NCBI GenBank assembly: GCA_049315625.1 | Contig: JBMOJU010000001.1 | Location: 1 to 49,997, forward strand | DNA: 49,997 nt | Direction: 5' to 3' | From: Paracraurococcus sp. | GTDB lineage: Bacteria > Pseudomonadota > Alphaproteobacteria > Acetobacterales > Acetobacteraceae | Shown: in pieces, positions 9,133-18,147 of the stretch | Layout of the letters: each line of letters starts with the position of its first letter | Position numbering within the stretch: the stretch's first letter is position 1 | Program-made: the position numbers and the translations under genes | Notes under the pieces: generated by a model | Seen by the model: the letters and a program-made list of their open reading frames with translations, nothing else | What the model was told of the DNA's origin: nothing | Database searches by the model: none

Positions 9133-9999
9133 ATGAAACCATTACGGATCGGCGACGTCAGCATCACCAGCATCGTCGAGCGCGACGGCCCCTGGCGCCG
9201 GCCTGCCGAGATGTTCCCGGCCTATGACGAGGCGATCGGGGCGAAGCACCTGGCAACGCTGGACCCGGTGGTGTTCGACCCGGCGACCGGGCGGATGGTC
9301 ATCACCTACCAGACCTTCGTGGTGCGCACGCCGAAGCACACCATCCTGGTCGATACCTGCACCGGCGAGGACAAGGGCTACCCGGCGCCGATGGATTTTC
9401 CGAAGCAACCCTGGCTGGACGGCTTCGCCGCCGAGGGGCTGCGCTTCGAGGATATCGACTACGTCTTCTGCACCCACCTGCATATCGACCATTGCGGCTG
9501 GAACACGCGCCTGGTGAACGGCCGCTGGGTGCCGACCTTCCCGAAGGCGAAATACATCTTCCACAAGCGCGAATACGCGGCGTGGGAGGAGGCGACGGCG
9601 CGCGGCGCGCAGCCGCCGGGCAATGTCTGGCGCTACAATTGCGAACCCGTGGTCGCCGCCGGGCAGGCCCTGCTGGTCGACGACGATTTCGCGCTGGACG
9701 ACACCATCACCCTGCAGCCGACCCCCGGCCACGCGCCCTGCCATTGCTGCATCAACATCCACTCGGGCGGCCAGCGCGCGGTCGTTACCGGCGACCTGAT
9801 GCACCATGCGCTGCAGGTGCGGGAGCCGGACTGGTCCACCATCTTCGACTGGGACCCGAAGATGGCCGCGACCGCGCGCCGCAGCTTCTTCAATGAGGTC
9901 GCCGACACCTCCGCGGTGATGCTGCCGATCCACTTCCCCGGCGCCACCGCCGGGCGCATCACCGGCGGCGCGGCCGGCTTCGACTACAAATTCCTATAA
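9133..9999 (+). CDS. MBL-fold metallo-hydrolase (AHL-lactonase/YtnP-like)
   Basis: THLHIDHCG, TPGH, GDLMHH and PIHF motifs. Confidence 0.92.
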   Translation: MKPLRIGDVSITSIVERDGPWRRPAEMFPAYDEAIGAKHLATLDPVVFDPATGRMVITYQTFVVRTPKHTILVDTCTGEDKGYPAPMDFPKQPWLDGFAAEGLRFEDIDYVFCTHLHIDHCGWNTRLVNGRWVPTFPKAKYIFHKREYAAWEEATARGAQPPGNVWRYNCEPVVAAGQALLVDDDFALDDTITLQPTPGHAPCHCCINIHSGGQRAVVTGDLMHHALQVREPDWSTIFDWDPKMAATARRSFFNEVADTSAVMLPIHFPGATAGRITGGAAGFDYKFL

Positions 10000-10019
10000 G
10001 AAATCACGGGAGACCGCCC

Positions 10020-10568
10020 ATGGCCCGCCTGCCCTACCTGGACAAATCCGACCTCAAGCCGGAAGACCAGGACCTGCTGAAGCGCGAGATCACCCTGCAC
10101 AAGGCGCTGGTCAACAGCCCCGGCGCGGCGCGCGCCTTCAGCGGCCTCGGCCAGTACATCCGCTACGGCGCAAAGCTGGACCCGCGGCTGCGCGAGCTGG
10201 CGATCCTGCAGGTCGGCTGGCTGGCGCGCTCGCCCTACGAATGGTCGCACCACGTCAAGATCGGCTACGATTTCGGCGTCACCGACGAGGATATCGAGGC
10301 GCTGAAGGCCGAGACGCGGGGCGAGGCGACGGCGCTCGACCCGCTGGCGCGGCTGGTGCTGCGGGCGGCGCGGGAGATCTTCGCCGGGCCGGGGATCGGC
10401 TACGAGACCTTCGCCGCGCTGCGCGCCGCGCTGGAGAACGACGCCATCGTCGACCTGACCGTCACCGCCAGCTTCTACTGCGCCGTCGTCCGCGTGCTCG
10501 CCTCGCTGGAGGTGGATGTCGAGGACAGCTACATGCCTTATCTGCGCAAGCACCCGTTTCCGATCTGA
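10020..10568 (+). CDS. Carboxymuconolactone decarboxylase/AhpD-like protein
   Basis: LDPRLRELAILQVGWLARSPYEWSHH motif. Confidence 0.88.
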   Translation: MARLPYLDKSDLKPEDQDLLKREITLHKALVNSPGAARAFSGLGQYIRYGAKLDPRLRELAILQVGWLARSPYEWSHHVKIGYDFGVTDEDIEALKAETRGEATALDPLARLVLRAAREIFAGPGIGYETFAALRAALENDAIVDLTVTASFYCAVVRVLASLEVDVEDSYMPYLRKHPFPI

Positions 10569-10590
10569 ACGCCGAGCCGAGGACAGACAG

Positions 10591-11781
10591 ATGAGCGCCA
10601 GCGAGACGCCGCGGAAGCCCCGTGGCCGCCAGTTCTTCGCCAACCCCGGCCCGACCAACATCCCGGACAGCGTCCTGCTGGCGACCGCGCACCACACGGT
10701 CGACTTCAACGATCCCAGCTTCATCGAGATCTACTGGGAGTGCATGGCCGGGCTGAAACGGGTGCTGAAGACCTCGCAGGAGGTCTTCCTCTACACCGGC
10801 TCCGGCCACGCGGCGTGGGAAGCCTGCCTGGTCAACCTGCTCTCGCCCGGCGACGTGATCCTGGTGCTGGAGACCGGGCATTTCTCGCAATCCTGGGGCC
10901 GCATGGCGACCGACCTGGGGATCGAGGTCCGCACCGTGCCGGCCGACTGGCGCCGCGGCGTCGACATGGCGGCGATCCGGGCGGAGCTGGCCGCCGATAC
11001 CGGCCATGTCATCAAGGCCGTCGGCGTGGTGCACAACGAGACCTCGACCGGCATGATGGTCCCGATCCCCGAAGTGCGGGCGGCGATCGATGCCGTGGGG
11101 CATCCGGCGCTGCTGCTGGCGGATACCATCTCATCGCTCGGCAGCCTCGACTTCCGGATGGATGAATGGGGCGTCGATGCGGCGGTGGGCGGCAGCCAGA
11201 AGGGGCTGATGCTGCCGACCGGGCTGAGCTTCACCGGCGTCTCGCACAAGGCGCTGAAGGCGCACGAGACCTCGAAGCTGCCGAAGCACTACTTCAACTG
11301 GGGTGCGATGATGAAGCGCCCGCTGAAGAGCTTCCTCGGCACGGTGCCGACCAGCTTCTTCTACGGCCTGCAGGAATCGCTGCGGCTGATGGAGCAGGAG
11401 GAAGGGCTGGAGAACGTCTTCGCCCGGCACACGCGGCTGGCCACCGCGGTGCGCGCGGCGGTGCAGCACTGGTCGGGGAACAACGGGCCACAGCTCTACT
11501 GCACCAACCCGGCGCGGCTGTCGGACAGCGTGACCGCGGTGCTGATGCCGGAGGGCGTCGATGCCGATGCCTTCCGCAAGGTGGCGATGCAGCGCTTCAA
11601 CGTCTCGCTCGGCGGCGGGCTGGGGCCGCTGGGGGGGAAGATCTTCCGCATCGGCCATCTCGGCGACCTGAACGAGCCGATGATCCTCGGGACGCTGGCG
11701 ACGGTGGAACTGGCGATGAAGGTCGCCGGCGTGCCGCACATGCCGGGCGGCGTCGACGCCGCGATTGCCGCGCTGGCCTGA
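10591..11781 (+). CDS. Class V PLP aminotransferase (serine/alanine-glyoxylate aminotransferase-like)
   Basis: PGPTNIP, HNETSTG, DTISS, GSQKGLMLPTG (PLP lysine) and FRIGHLG motifs. Confidence 0.93.
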   Translation: MSASETPRKPRGRQFFANPGPTNIPDSVLLATAHHTVDFNDPSFIEIYWECMAGLKRVLKTSQEVFLYTGSGHAAWEACLVNLLSPGDVILVLETGHFSQSWGRMATDLGIEVRTVPADWRRGVDMAAIRAELAADTGHVIKAVGVVHNETSTGMMVPIPEVRAAIDAVGHPALLLADTISSLGSLDFRMDEWGVDAAVGGSQKGLMLPTGLSFTGVSHKALKAHETSKLPKHYFNWGAMMKRPLKSFLGTVPTSFFYGLQESLRLMEQEEGLENVFARHTRLATAVRAAVQHWSGNNGPQLYCTNPARLSDSVTAVLMPEGVDADAFRKVAMQRFNVSLGGGLGPLGGKIFRIGHLGDLNEPMILGTLATVELAMKVAGVPHMPGGVDAAIAALA

Positions 11782-11786
11782 CACCG

Positions 11787-11866
11787 CCCCCTCCCCCGCC
11801 TTGTGGGGGAGGGTGATTGCGGAACCATCGTGCCGCCGCACCGTAGAGGCGGCAGCGGGGTGGGGC
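11787..11866. repeat. Palindromic interspersed repeat, copy 1 (extended form)
   Basis: CCCTCCCCC-GCCTTGT-GGGGGAGGG hairpin, inner TGCCGCC/GGCGGCA hairpin, terminal GGGGTGGGG; related copies at 37033 and 39366. Confidence 0.7.
11821..11845 (+). promoter_or_regulatory. Sigma-EcfG/SigT-type promoter (variant -10)
   Basis: GGAAC-N16-CGTA about 40 nt upstream of the MFS start. Confidence 0.45.
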
Positions 11867-11886
11867 ATGGCGTGGACGGTGATGGC

Positions 11887-13305
11887 ATGACGGGCGCGGT
11901 GGCCGGGCCCTGCGATGCGGGCGTCATAACGGCGACCCGCCACCAGGCGCCGGACCCGGCGCGGTGGACGCTGGCGGCCTGCATCCTCGGCTCCAGCCTC
12001 GCCTTCATCGACGGCTCGGTGGTCAACGTCGCGCTGCCGACCTTGCAGCGCGAGCTCGGAGGCACTCCGGAGCAGCTTTCCTGGACCATCAACGCCTATC
12101 TTCTGCCGCTCGGCGCGCTGATCCTGCTGGGCGGCGGCGCCGGCGACCATTACGGCCGGCGGCGGCTGTTCCTGGCGGGCCTGGCGGTCTTCACCCTGGC
12201 CTCGCTGCTCTGTGCCCTGGCGCCCAACTATCCCTGGCTGCTGGCCGGCCGCGCCCTGCAGGGGCTGGGCGCCGCGCTGCTGATGCCGAACAGCCTCGCC
12301 ATCCTCGGCGCCACCTTCACCGGGGAGGCGCGCGGCCGGGCCATCGGCACCTGGGCGGCGACCGGCGCGTTGGCCGGGGCGCTCGGGCCGGTGCTCGGCG
12401 GCTGGCTGGTGGATGCAGTCGGCTGGCGGATGATCTTTCTACTGAACCTGCCGATCGCCGGCGCGGCCGGGTGGCTGGGCTGGCGGCACGTGGCGGAAAG
12501 CCGCGACGCGCGCGGGCGCGGGCCGCTCGATTGGGGCGGCGCGGCGCTGGCGACCATCGGACTCGGGCTACTGACCTGGGCGCTGACGGCGGTCGCTGCG
12601 AGCGACGCGCCGGGCGCGATGCCGGCGCTGGCCGCCGGGCTCGGCGCCGCCTGCCTGGCCGGGTTCCTGTGGTGGGAGGCACGGCACGGCCCGGACGCGC
12701 TGATGCCGCTGGAGATGTTCGGCTCCGCCGCCTTCGTCGGGCTCACCCTCTTCACCTTCTGCCTCTATGGCGCGCTGGGCGGGCTGGTGGTGGCGCTGCC
12801 CTTCCTGCTGATCCGGGTGGAGGACTGGTCGGCGGTGCAGGCGGGCGCTGCATTGATGCCGCTGCCGCTGCTGATCGGCCTGGGCTCCCGTGTCATGGGG
12901 CAGTTGACCGGGAAATTCGGCGGGCGGCTGCCGCTGGCCGGCGGCGCCGCGATCGTCGCGGTGGGCTTCGCGCTCTATGCGCGGGTGGCGCCCGGCGGGA
13001 TCGATTTCTGGTGGGACATCCTGCCGCCGACGCTGGTCATCGGCCTCGGCATGGCGATCAGCGTCGCGCCGCTGACCACCACCGTCATGGCATCCGTGGA
13101 TGCCGACCATGTCGGCGCCGCCTCCGGCTTCAACAGCGCCGTCGCCCGCATCGCCGGGCTGGTGGCGACGGCGCTGCTGGGCTTCGTGCTGGCGCAGCAG
13201 GCCAACGAGGCCACCTTCGTCGCCGGCTTTCGGGTTGCAGCGCTGCTGGGCGCGGCCTCGGCCGCGGTCGCCTCGGCCGCTGCGCTGCTCTTGATTCGGC
13301 GCTGA
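11887..13305 (+). CDS. MFS transporter, DHA2 (14-TMS) type
   Basis: DGSVVNVALP, WTINAYLL, GGAGDHYGRRR and many TM helices. Confidence 0.92.
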   Translation: MTGAVAGPCDAGVITATRHQAPDPARWTLAACILGSSLAFIDGSVVNVALPTLQRELGGTPEQLSWTINAYLLPLGALILLGGGAGDHYGRRRLFLAGLAVFTLASLLCALAPNYPWLLAGRALQGLGAALLMPNSLAILGATFTGEARGRAIGTWAATGALAGALGPVLGGWLVDAVGWRMIFLLNLPIAGAAGWLGWRHVAESRDARGRGPLDWGGAALATIGLGLLTWALTAVAASDAPGAMPALAAGLGAACLAGFLWWEARHGPDALMPLEMFGSAAFVGLTLFTFCLYGALGGLVVALPFLLIRVEDWSAVQAGAALMPLPLLIGLGSRVMGQLTGKFGGRLPLAGGAAIVAVGFALYARVAPGGIDFWWDILPPTLVIGLGMAISVAPLTTTVMASVDADHVGAASGFNSAVARIAGLVATALLGFVLAQQANEATFVAGFRVAALLGAASAAVASAAALLLIRR

Positions 13306-13397
13306 CACGGTTTGGCGACCGGCGGCATCCGCCCCGGCCGCCGAACGTTGGGGGTACGTCCCAGCCGGGACCGGAACCACCGACGACGGAGACCGTG

Positions 13398-13550
13398 ATG
13401 CGCAACAACCGCCTGCTCGCCCTCACCCTGCTGGCCCTGCTCGGCGCCGCACCGCTGCTCGGCGCCTGCCACACCACCGCCGGCGCCGGCGAGGACATCT
13501 CGAAGACCGGCAAGGCGATCGAGCGCTCCGCCGTGCGCAACGCGCCGTAA
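13398..13550 (+). CDS. Entericidin EcnA/B family lipoprotein
   Basis: Lipobox LGAC followed by HTTAGAGEDISKTGKAIERSA; GGAG RBS. Confidence 0.9.
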   Translation: MRNNRLLALTLLALLGAAPLLGACHTTAGAGEDISKTGKAIERSAVRNAP

Positions 13551-13551
13551 C

Positions 13552-13575
13552 GTAGCGCGCCCGGGGGCGCGCTAC
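13552..13575. terminator. Hairpin between convergent genes
   Basis: GTAGCGCGCCC-GG-GGGCGCGCTAC inverted repeat. Confidence 0.55.
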
Positions 13576-14672
13576 CCCTTCAGGACGAAGTCGCGCAGCA
13601 CCTCCGGCTTGAAGGCCAGGCCATGGCCGGGGCGCTCCGGGGCGATGATGTGGCCGGCCTCGAATTGCGGCGGGTCGACCCAGACATCGTCCAGCAGGCC
13701 CATATGCTCGGCCCAGAGCCCGTTCGGGATGCTGGCCAGCAGATGGACGTTGAGTTCGGGGAAAAGGTGCGGCGCCATGGTCATGCCCCAGGTCTCGGCG
13801 ACCGTGGCGATCTTGCGCAGCTCCGTCAGGCCGCCGCGCATCGGGTCGGGCTGCAGGATCGGCAGGCGCGGGTTTTCCAGGACAGGTTTGAGGTCGGCGC
13901 GGCCGAAATGCGTCTCGCCGCCCACCACGCGCGTGGTCAGCGCCTCGGCGCAGCGGAGATAGCCGGAGAAATCGTCCGGCAGCACCGGCTCCTCGATCCA
14001 GTAGGGGTCGTAGTCCTGGAAGGCGCGGCCGGCGATGATCGCCTGGTCGGCGGTCCAGCCCATGTTGATGTCGATCATGATGTCGACATCGGGGCCGATG
14101 GCGTCGCGCACCATCCGCAGGTTGCGCACATCCTGCCGCCAATCGCCGATATGCGCCGCCTGCATCTTGATGGCGGTGAAGCCCTGCGCCGCGTAGTACT
14201 TGGCCTTGGCGGCCATCCCTTCGCCGAGCGCGCCGCGGAAGCAGCCGCTGCCATAAGCCGGGATGCGGTTGCGGACATGGCCCCAGAGCCGGTGCAGCGG
14301 CTGCCCCGCCGCCTTGCCCAGCACGTCCCACAGCGCGATGTCGATCGCCGACTGCGCCATCATCGACACGCCGCCGCGCCCGCCGGTCAGCGTCGCGCGC
14401 CACAGCGACTGCCAGATGCCCTCGACCTCCGTGGCGCTGCGGCCGATGACGCGCGGCGCGAGCGCTTCGGCGATGCAGGCGCCGATGGTGCGCTGCAGCG
14501 GCAGGTTGAGCAGGTGCAGGTAGCCCATGCCGGTGAGGCCGGATTCGGTGACGACCTCCACCACCACGAGGTCGCGCTGGGCGCCCAGCGCATGGCCGAA
14601 CAGCCAGGGATCGTCGGCCCAGGGCAACTGCAGAAGCGTCGTGCGGATCTCGCGGATCGTCAGGTCGGTCAT
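13572..14672 (-). CDS. Mandelate racemase/muconate lactonizing enzyme family (enolase superfamily)
   Basis: SAIDIALWDVLGK; metal ligands IDIN/WIEEP/GGET; QPD, APH and AEH motifs. Confidence 0.93.
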   Translation of the reverse strand: MTDLTIREIRTTLLQLPWADDPWLFGHALGAQRDLVVVEVVTESGLTGMGYLHLLNLPLQRTIGACIAEALAPRVIGRSATEVEGIWQSLWRATLTGGRGGVSMMAQSAIDIALWDVLGKAAGQPLHRLWGHVRNRIPAYGSGCFRGALGEGMAAKAKYYAAQGFTAIKMQAAHIGDWRQDVRNLRMVRDAIGPDVDIMIDINMGWTADQAIIAGRAFQDYDPYWIEEPVLPDDFSGYLRCAEALTTRVVGGETHFGRADLKPVLENPRLPILQPDPMRGGLTELRKIATVAETWGMTMAPHLFPELNVHLLASIPNGLWAEHMGLLDDVWVDPPQFEAGHIIAPERPGHGLAFKPEVLRDFVLKG

Positions 14673-15919
14673 GCTTGGGTTCCCTCTCCTTGCGGCAGGA
14701 TGGCACGCCAGAGCGGCCAGCACAGCGCCAGCGCCAACAGCCCCAGCCCGCCGGTCAGCGCGCAGGCCATGGTCGCGCCCAGCGCATCGGCGGCCAGCCC
14801 CAGCGCCAGGAAGCCGATCGGCCCGAGACCGATGCAGACCGAGAGCAGGCCGAGCACGCGCATGCGCACCTCGGCCGGCGCCAGCAGGTAGACCAGCGTC
14901 GCCTGCATGATGCTGAAGCCGGACTGGCCGAAGCCGACCAGCAGCAGTGCGGCGCCGGCGACCGTCGCATTCGGCGCCAAGGCGAAGCCGGCGACCATCA
15001 CCAGGTACAGGGTCAGCCCGCCGAGGTAGAGCCGCGCATACCAGGCCGGCCGCGCCAGCGCGGCCATCAGCAGCGCCCCGGCGAAGGCCCCGACGCCATC
15101 CATGCTGGCCAGGATACCGGTCGCTTCCGGGCCAAGGCCGTAGCGATGCTGCGCCACCACCGGCACCAGGCTGGTGAAGGGCCAGCCGAAGATGTTGAAC
15201 AGGATGGTGACCACCAGCGTGCCGCGCAGCCGCGGCGAGCGGCGGACCGCCTGCAGCCCCTCCCCCATCCGTGCCAGGACGCCCTCGCCGCCGGCGGCGA
15301 GCGGCGCGCTGCGGTAGCGCAAGGTCACCGCGGCGATCAGCGCGAGGAGATAGAGCGCGACCGAGACGACGAAGCTGCCCTCGATCCCGACCGCGGCGAA
15401 CAACAGGCCGGAGACCGTCGGGCCGAGCATGCGGCTGGCATTGTTGCTGCCGACGTCGAAGGACATCGCCTCCCCCATGCGGGTCGGGCCGACCACCTGG
15501 CCGATCAGCATCCGCCGCACCGGGTTGTCCGCCGCCCAGGCGATACCGTTGATGAAGCTGGCGACGGCCAGGTGCCAGACGCCAAGCATGCCGCCGAAGG
15601 CCAGCGCGGCGAGCGCGGCGGAGGTCAGCAGGCTGACGACCACGATGGCCGTAAGCGCGGTGCGCGGCTGCACCCGTTCGGCCAGAACGCCCAGCGGCGC
15701 GCCGAACAGGCCCATCGGCAGGATCCGCAGCATGCCCATCATGGCGACGAGGAAGGCGGAGCCGGTGGCCTGCCAGACGAAGATGGAGACCGCCAGCATC
15801 TCCAGCCAGCGGACCATGAAGACGACCAGCCCGATGCCCCAGAGCCGGCGGAAATCGGCAAAGGCGAACGGGCGCGGCGGCGCCGCCGCCGGCGCGGTCA
15901 GACTGGTCGTTCCCTCCAT
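14669..15919 (-). CDS. MFS transporter
   Basis: DFRRLWG start, ~12 hydrophobic segments, DNPVRRML; stop overlaps the enolase-family start. Confidence 0.9.
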   Translation of the reverse strand: MEGTTSLTAPAAAPPRPFAFADFRRLWGIGLVVFMVRWLEMLAVSIFVWQATGSAFLVAMMGMLRILPMGLFGAPLGVLAERVQPRTALTAIVVVSLLTSAALAALAFGGMLGVWHLAVASFINGIAWAADNPVRRMLIGQVVGPTRMGEAMSFDVGSNNASRMLGPTVSGLLFAAVGIEGSFVVSVALYLLALIAAVTLRYRSAPLAAGGEGVLARMGEGLQAVRRSPRLRGTLVVTILFNIFGWPFTSLVPVVAQHRYGLGPEATGILASMDGVGAFAGALLMAALARPAWYARLYLGGLTLYLVMVAGFALAPNATVAGAALLLVGFGQSGFSIMQATLVYLLAPAEVRMRVLGLLSVCIGLGPIGFLALGLAADALGATMACALTGGLGLLALALCWPLWRAILPQGEGTQA

Positions 15920-15999
15920 GCCGGCGACTGTGACGCCGATTGGCGGGCGCCACCAGGGGCGCCATACTCCCGGCCAATAACGTCCAGGGAATAGCTGCC

Positions 16000-17187
16000 A
16001 TGCGCCCCTTCGAAGGCATCCGCATCATCGACATCACGCATGTCCTGGCGGGGCCCTTCGCGGCCTACCAGTTGGCGCTGCTCGGCGCCGACGTGATCAA
16101 GGTGGAACCGCCGGACGACCCGGACCAGAGCCGCGACAGCGGACCGGACCTGGCGCTGAACCGCGCCAACATGGGCAGCTATTTCCTCACCCAGGGCTCC
16201 AACAAGCGGGCCATCACACTCGACCTGAAGCAGAAGGCGGGGCAGGAGGTCCTCAGGAAACTGGTCGCCGGCGCCGATGTACTGGTGGAGAATTTCCGCC
16301 CCGGCGCCTTCGAGGCGCTGGGCCTGGGCTGGGAGGCGCTGAGCGCCATCAACCCGCGGCTGATCTATTGTTCCATGTCCGCCTTCGGCCAGCAGGGCCC
16401 GCGCGGCGTGCAGACCGCCTATGACCACGTGATCCAGGCGACGTCGGGCATCATGGCCGCCACGGGCACGCCCGAGGTCAACCCGATCAAGTTCGGCGCG
16501 CCGGCGATCGACTACGCCACCGGCACCATGGGCGCCTTCGCGCTGAGCGCCGCGCTCTTCCAACGGGAGCGCACCGGCAAGGGCCAGCGGATCGACCTGG
16601 CGATGCTGGACGTGGCGCTGATGATGCAGGCCAGCCACGTCACCGCCTACCTCGCCTCCGGCAAGGCGGCGAAGCCGAGCGGCAACAAGCACCCTCAGGC
16701 CACCAACAGCGCCTACCGGACCAAGGACGGCATGGTGATGCTGGGGGCGAGCAATTTGCGGCAGCAGCGGCGGCTCTGGGCGGCGCTGGGCCGGCCGGAA
16801 TTGGCCAAGGCCACCAACGAGGAGCGCCTGGCCGCCCGGGATGCCGAGGAAGCGGTGCTGGACGAGATCATGCTGACCCGCACGGCCGATGAGTGGGAGG
16901 AATACCTGCAATCGCGGCACGTGCCCGCGGCGCGCGTCCGGCGGATGGAGGAGACGCTGACCGACCCGCATCTCGCCTCGCGCGGCGTGGTGCACCGTTT
17001 CCCGGAGGGCGCGCCGGGCGTGCCGCAGGCCTTCGGCGTGCCGGTCGCCGCCTTCACCCTGGCGCATGGTGGCCCGCGGGTGGACAGCCCGCCGCCGATG
17101 GTCGGGCAGCACACCGACGCGGTGCTGGGAGAGCTGGGCTATTCCGCCGCCGAGATCGCCGCGCTGCGGGCCAGCAAGGCGATCTGA
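16000..17187 (+). CDS. CoA-transferase family III (CaiB/BaiF)
   Basis: DITHVLAGP, GADVIKVE, NKRAITLDLK, ENFRPG and catalytic D in AIDYATG. Confidence 0.95.
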   Translation: MRPFEGIRIIDITHVLAGPFAAYQLALLGADVIKVEPPDDPDQSRDSGPDLALNRANMGSYFLTQGSNKRAITLDLKQKAGQEVLRKLVAGADVLVENFRPGAFEALGLGWEALSAINPRLIYCSMSAFGQQGPRGVQTAYDHVIQATSGIMAATGTPEVNPIKFGAPAIDYATGTMGAFALSAALFQRERTGKGQRIDLAMLDVALMMQASHVTAYLASGKAAKPSGNKHPQATNSAYRTKDGMVMLGASNLRQQRRLWAALGRPELAKATNEERLAARDAEEAVLDEIMLTRTADEWEEYLQSRHVPAARVRRMEETLTDPHLASRGVVHRFPEGAPGVPQAFGVPVAAFTLAHGGPRVDSPPPMVGQHTDAVLGELGYSAAEIAALRASKAI

Positions 17188-17189
17188 GA

Positions 17190-18053
17190 GTGCGCGACCC
17201 GGCGCGCCGGCCGCGTTTCCTGCTGGTGCAGGCCTTCAGCCTGCCGCCGGACAGCCCGAACCGCTACCGCACGGATGGCGGCACGCGCGAGACGGACCTG
17301 ATGAACTATGCCGCCGTCGCGCCGCTGCTGGCCGATCTCGACTGGGAGCTCCACCCCGGCCCGATCGCACCACATGGCGACTGGCCGGTGGAGACGCGGG
17401 AGGAATTCGCCATCGCCGGAATCGCCCGGCTGCCGATCGTGCGGGCGGCCTGCGAGAGCGGAAACTACGATGCCATCGTGCTGCTCGGCGGCGGCGATCC
17501 GGGTTTCATGGAGGCGCGCGAGATCGGCCGCCGCCACCGCATCCCGGTCACGGCGAACGCGCATGCCCAGATGCATGTGGCGATGACCTTGGGCAACCGG
17601 TTCTCGATCATCGACATCTCGGAGACGCACAATGCCCATATGGCGGAGCTGGTGGTGCGCTACCGGATGACTCACGGGCTTGCGTCCATCCGCAACATCG
17701 ACCACCCGCTGCCGCGCCCGGCGCATCGCGGCCGGCCGACCTTGCGTGGCGAGGCGGAGCGCCACGCCGCGGGCGAGACCAGCACGATGCTGGAAGCCGC
17801 AGTGCAGGCCGCGGTGGCGGCGCTGGAAGAGGATGGCGCGGAGGTGCTGCTGCTGGGCTGCAGCGGCGCCTTCTGGCTGCAGGCGCCCTTGCAGGCGCGG
17901 CTGGTGGCGCTGGGCTGGGACGTGCCGGTGCTGGAAGGCTACCGCTGCGGGGTTGAGCTGGCGCGGCTGATGGTGCACCTCGGCGTCGATGCCAGCGGCA
18001 TCACCTTCCCGGGCGACCCGCCGGCGCACCGGCGACGGCGGCGGCTGGCGTAG
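17190..18053 (+). CDS. Asp/Glu/hydantoin racemase family protein
   Basis: YDAIVLLGGGDPGFMEAREI, GNRFSII, EEDGAEVLLLGCSG and DVPVLEG motifs. Confidence 0.82.
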   Translation: MRDPARRPRFLLVQAFSLPPDSPNRYRTDGGTRETDLMNYAAVAPLLADLDWELHPGPIAPHGDWPVETREEFAIAGIARLPIVRAACESGNYDAIVLLGGGDPGFMEAREIGRRHRIPVTANAHAQMHVAMTLGNRFSIIDISETHNAHMAELVVRYRMTHGLASIRNIDHPLPRPAHRGRPTLRGEAERHAAGETSTMLEAAVQAAVAALEEDGAEVLLLGCSGAFWLQAPLQARLVALGWDVPVLEGYRCGVELARLMVHLGVDASGITFPGDPPAHRRRRRLA

Positions 18054-18139
18054 GGCAAGGCTGGGGAGGAGGTATCCCCGGTGCGTAGCGTCAGGGAGGT
18101 CGCCGGCCGGACAGAGGATACCTCCTGCTTGACCTTGCC
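18054..18139. repeat. 86-bp nested inverted-repeat element (MITE/REP-like)
   Basis: GGCAAGG..AGGAGGTATCC (18054-18077) mirrored by GGATACCTCCT..CCTTGCC (18116-18139), between convergent stop codons. Confidence 0.6.
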
Positions 18140-18147
18140 TTGTCCGG

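Noticed and set aside
13398-13550. Entericidin as a toxin-antitoxin pair
   Set aside because: Only one EcnA/B-type gene is present; no partner ORF is visible.
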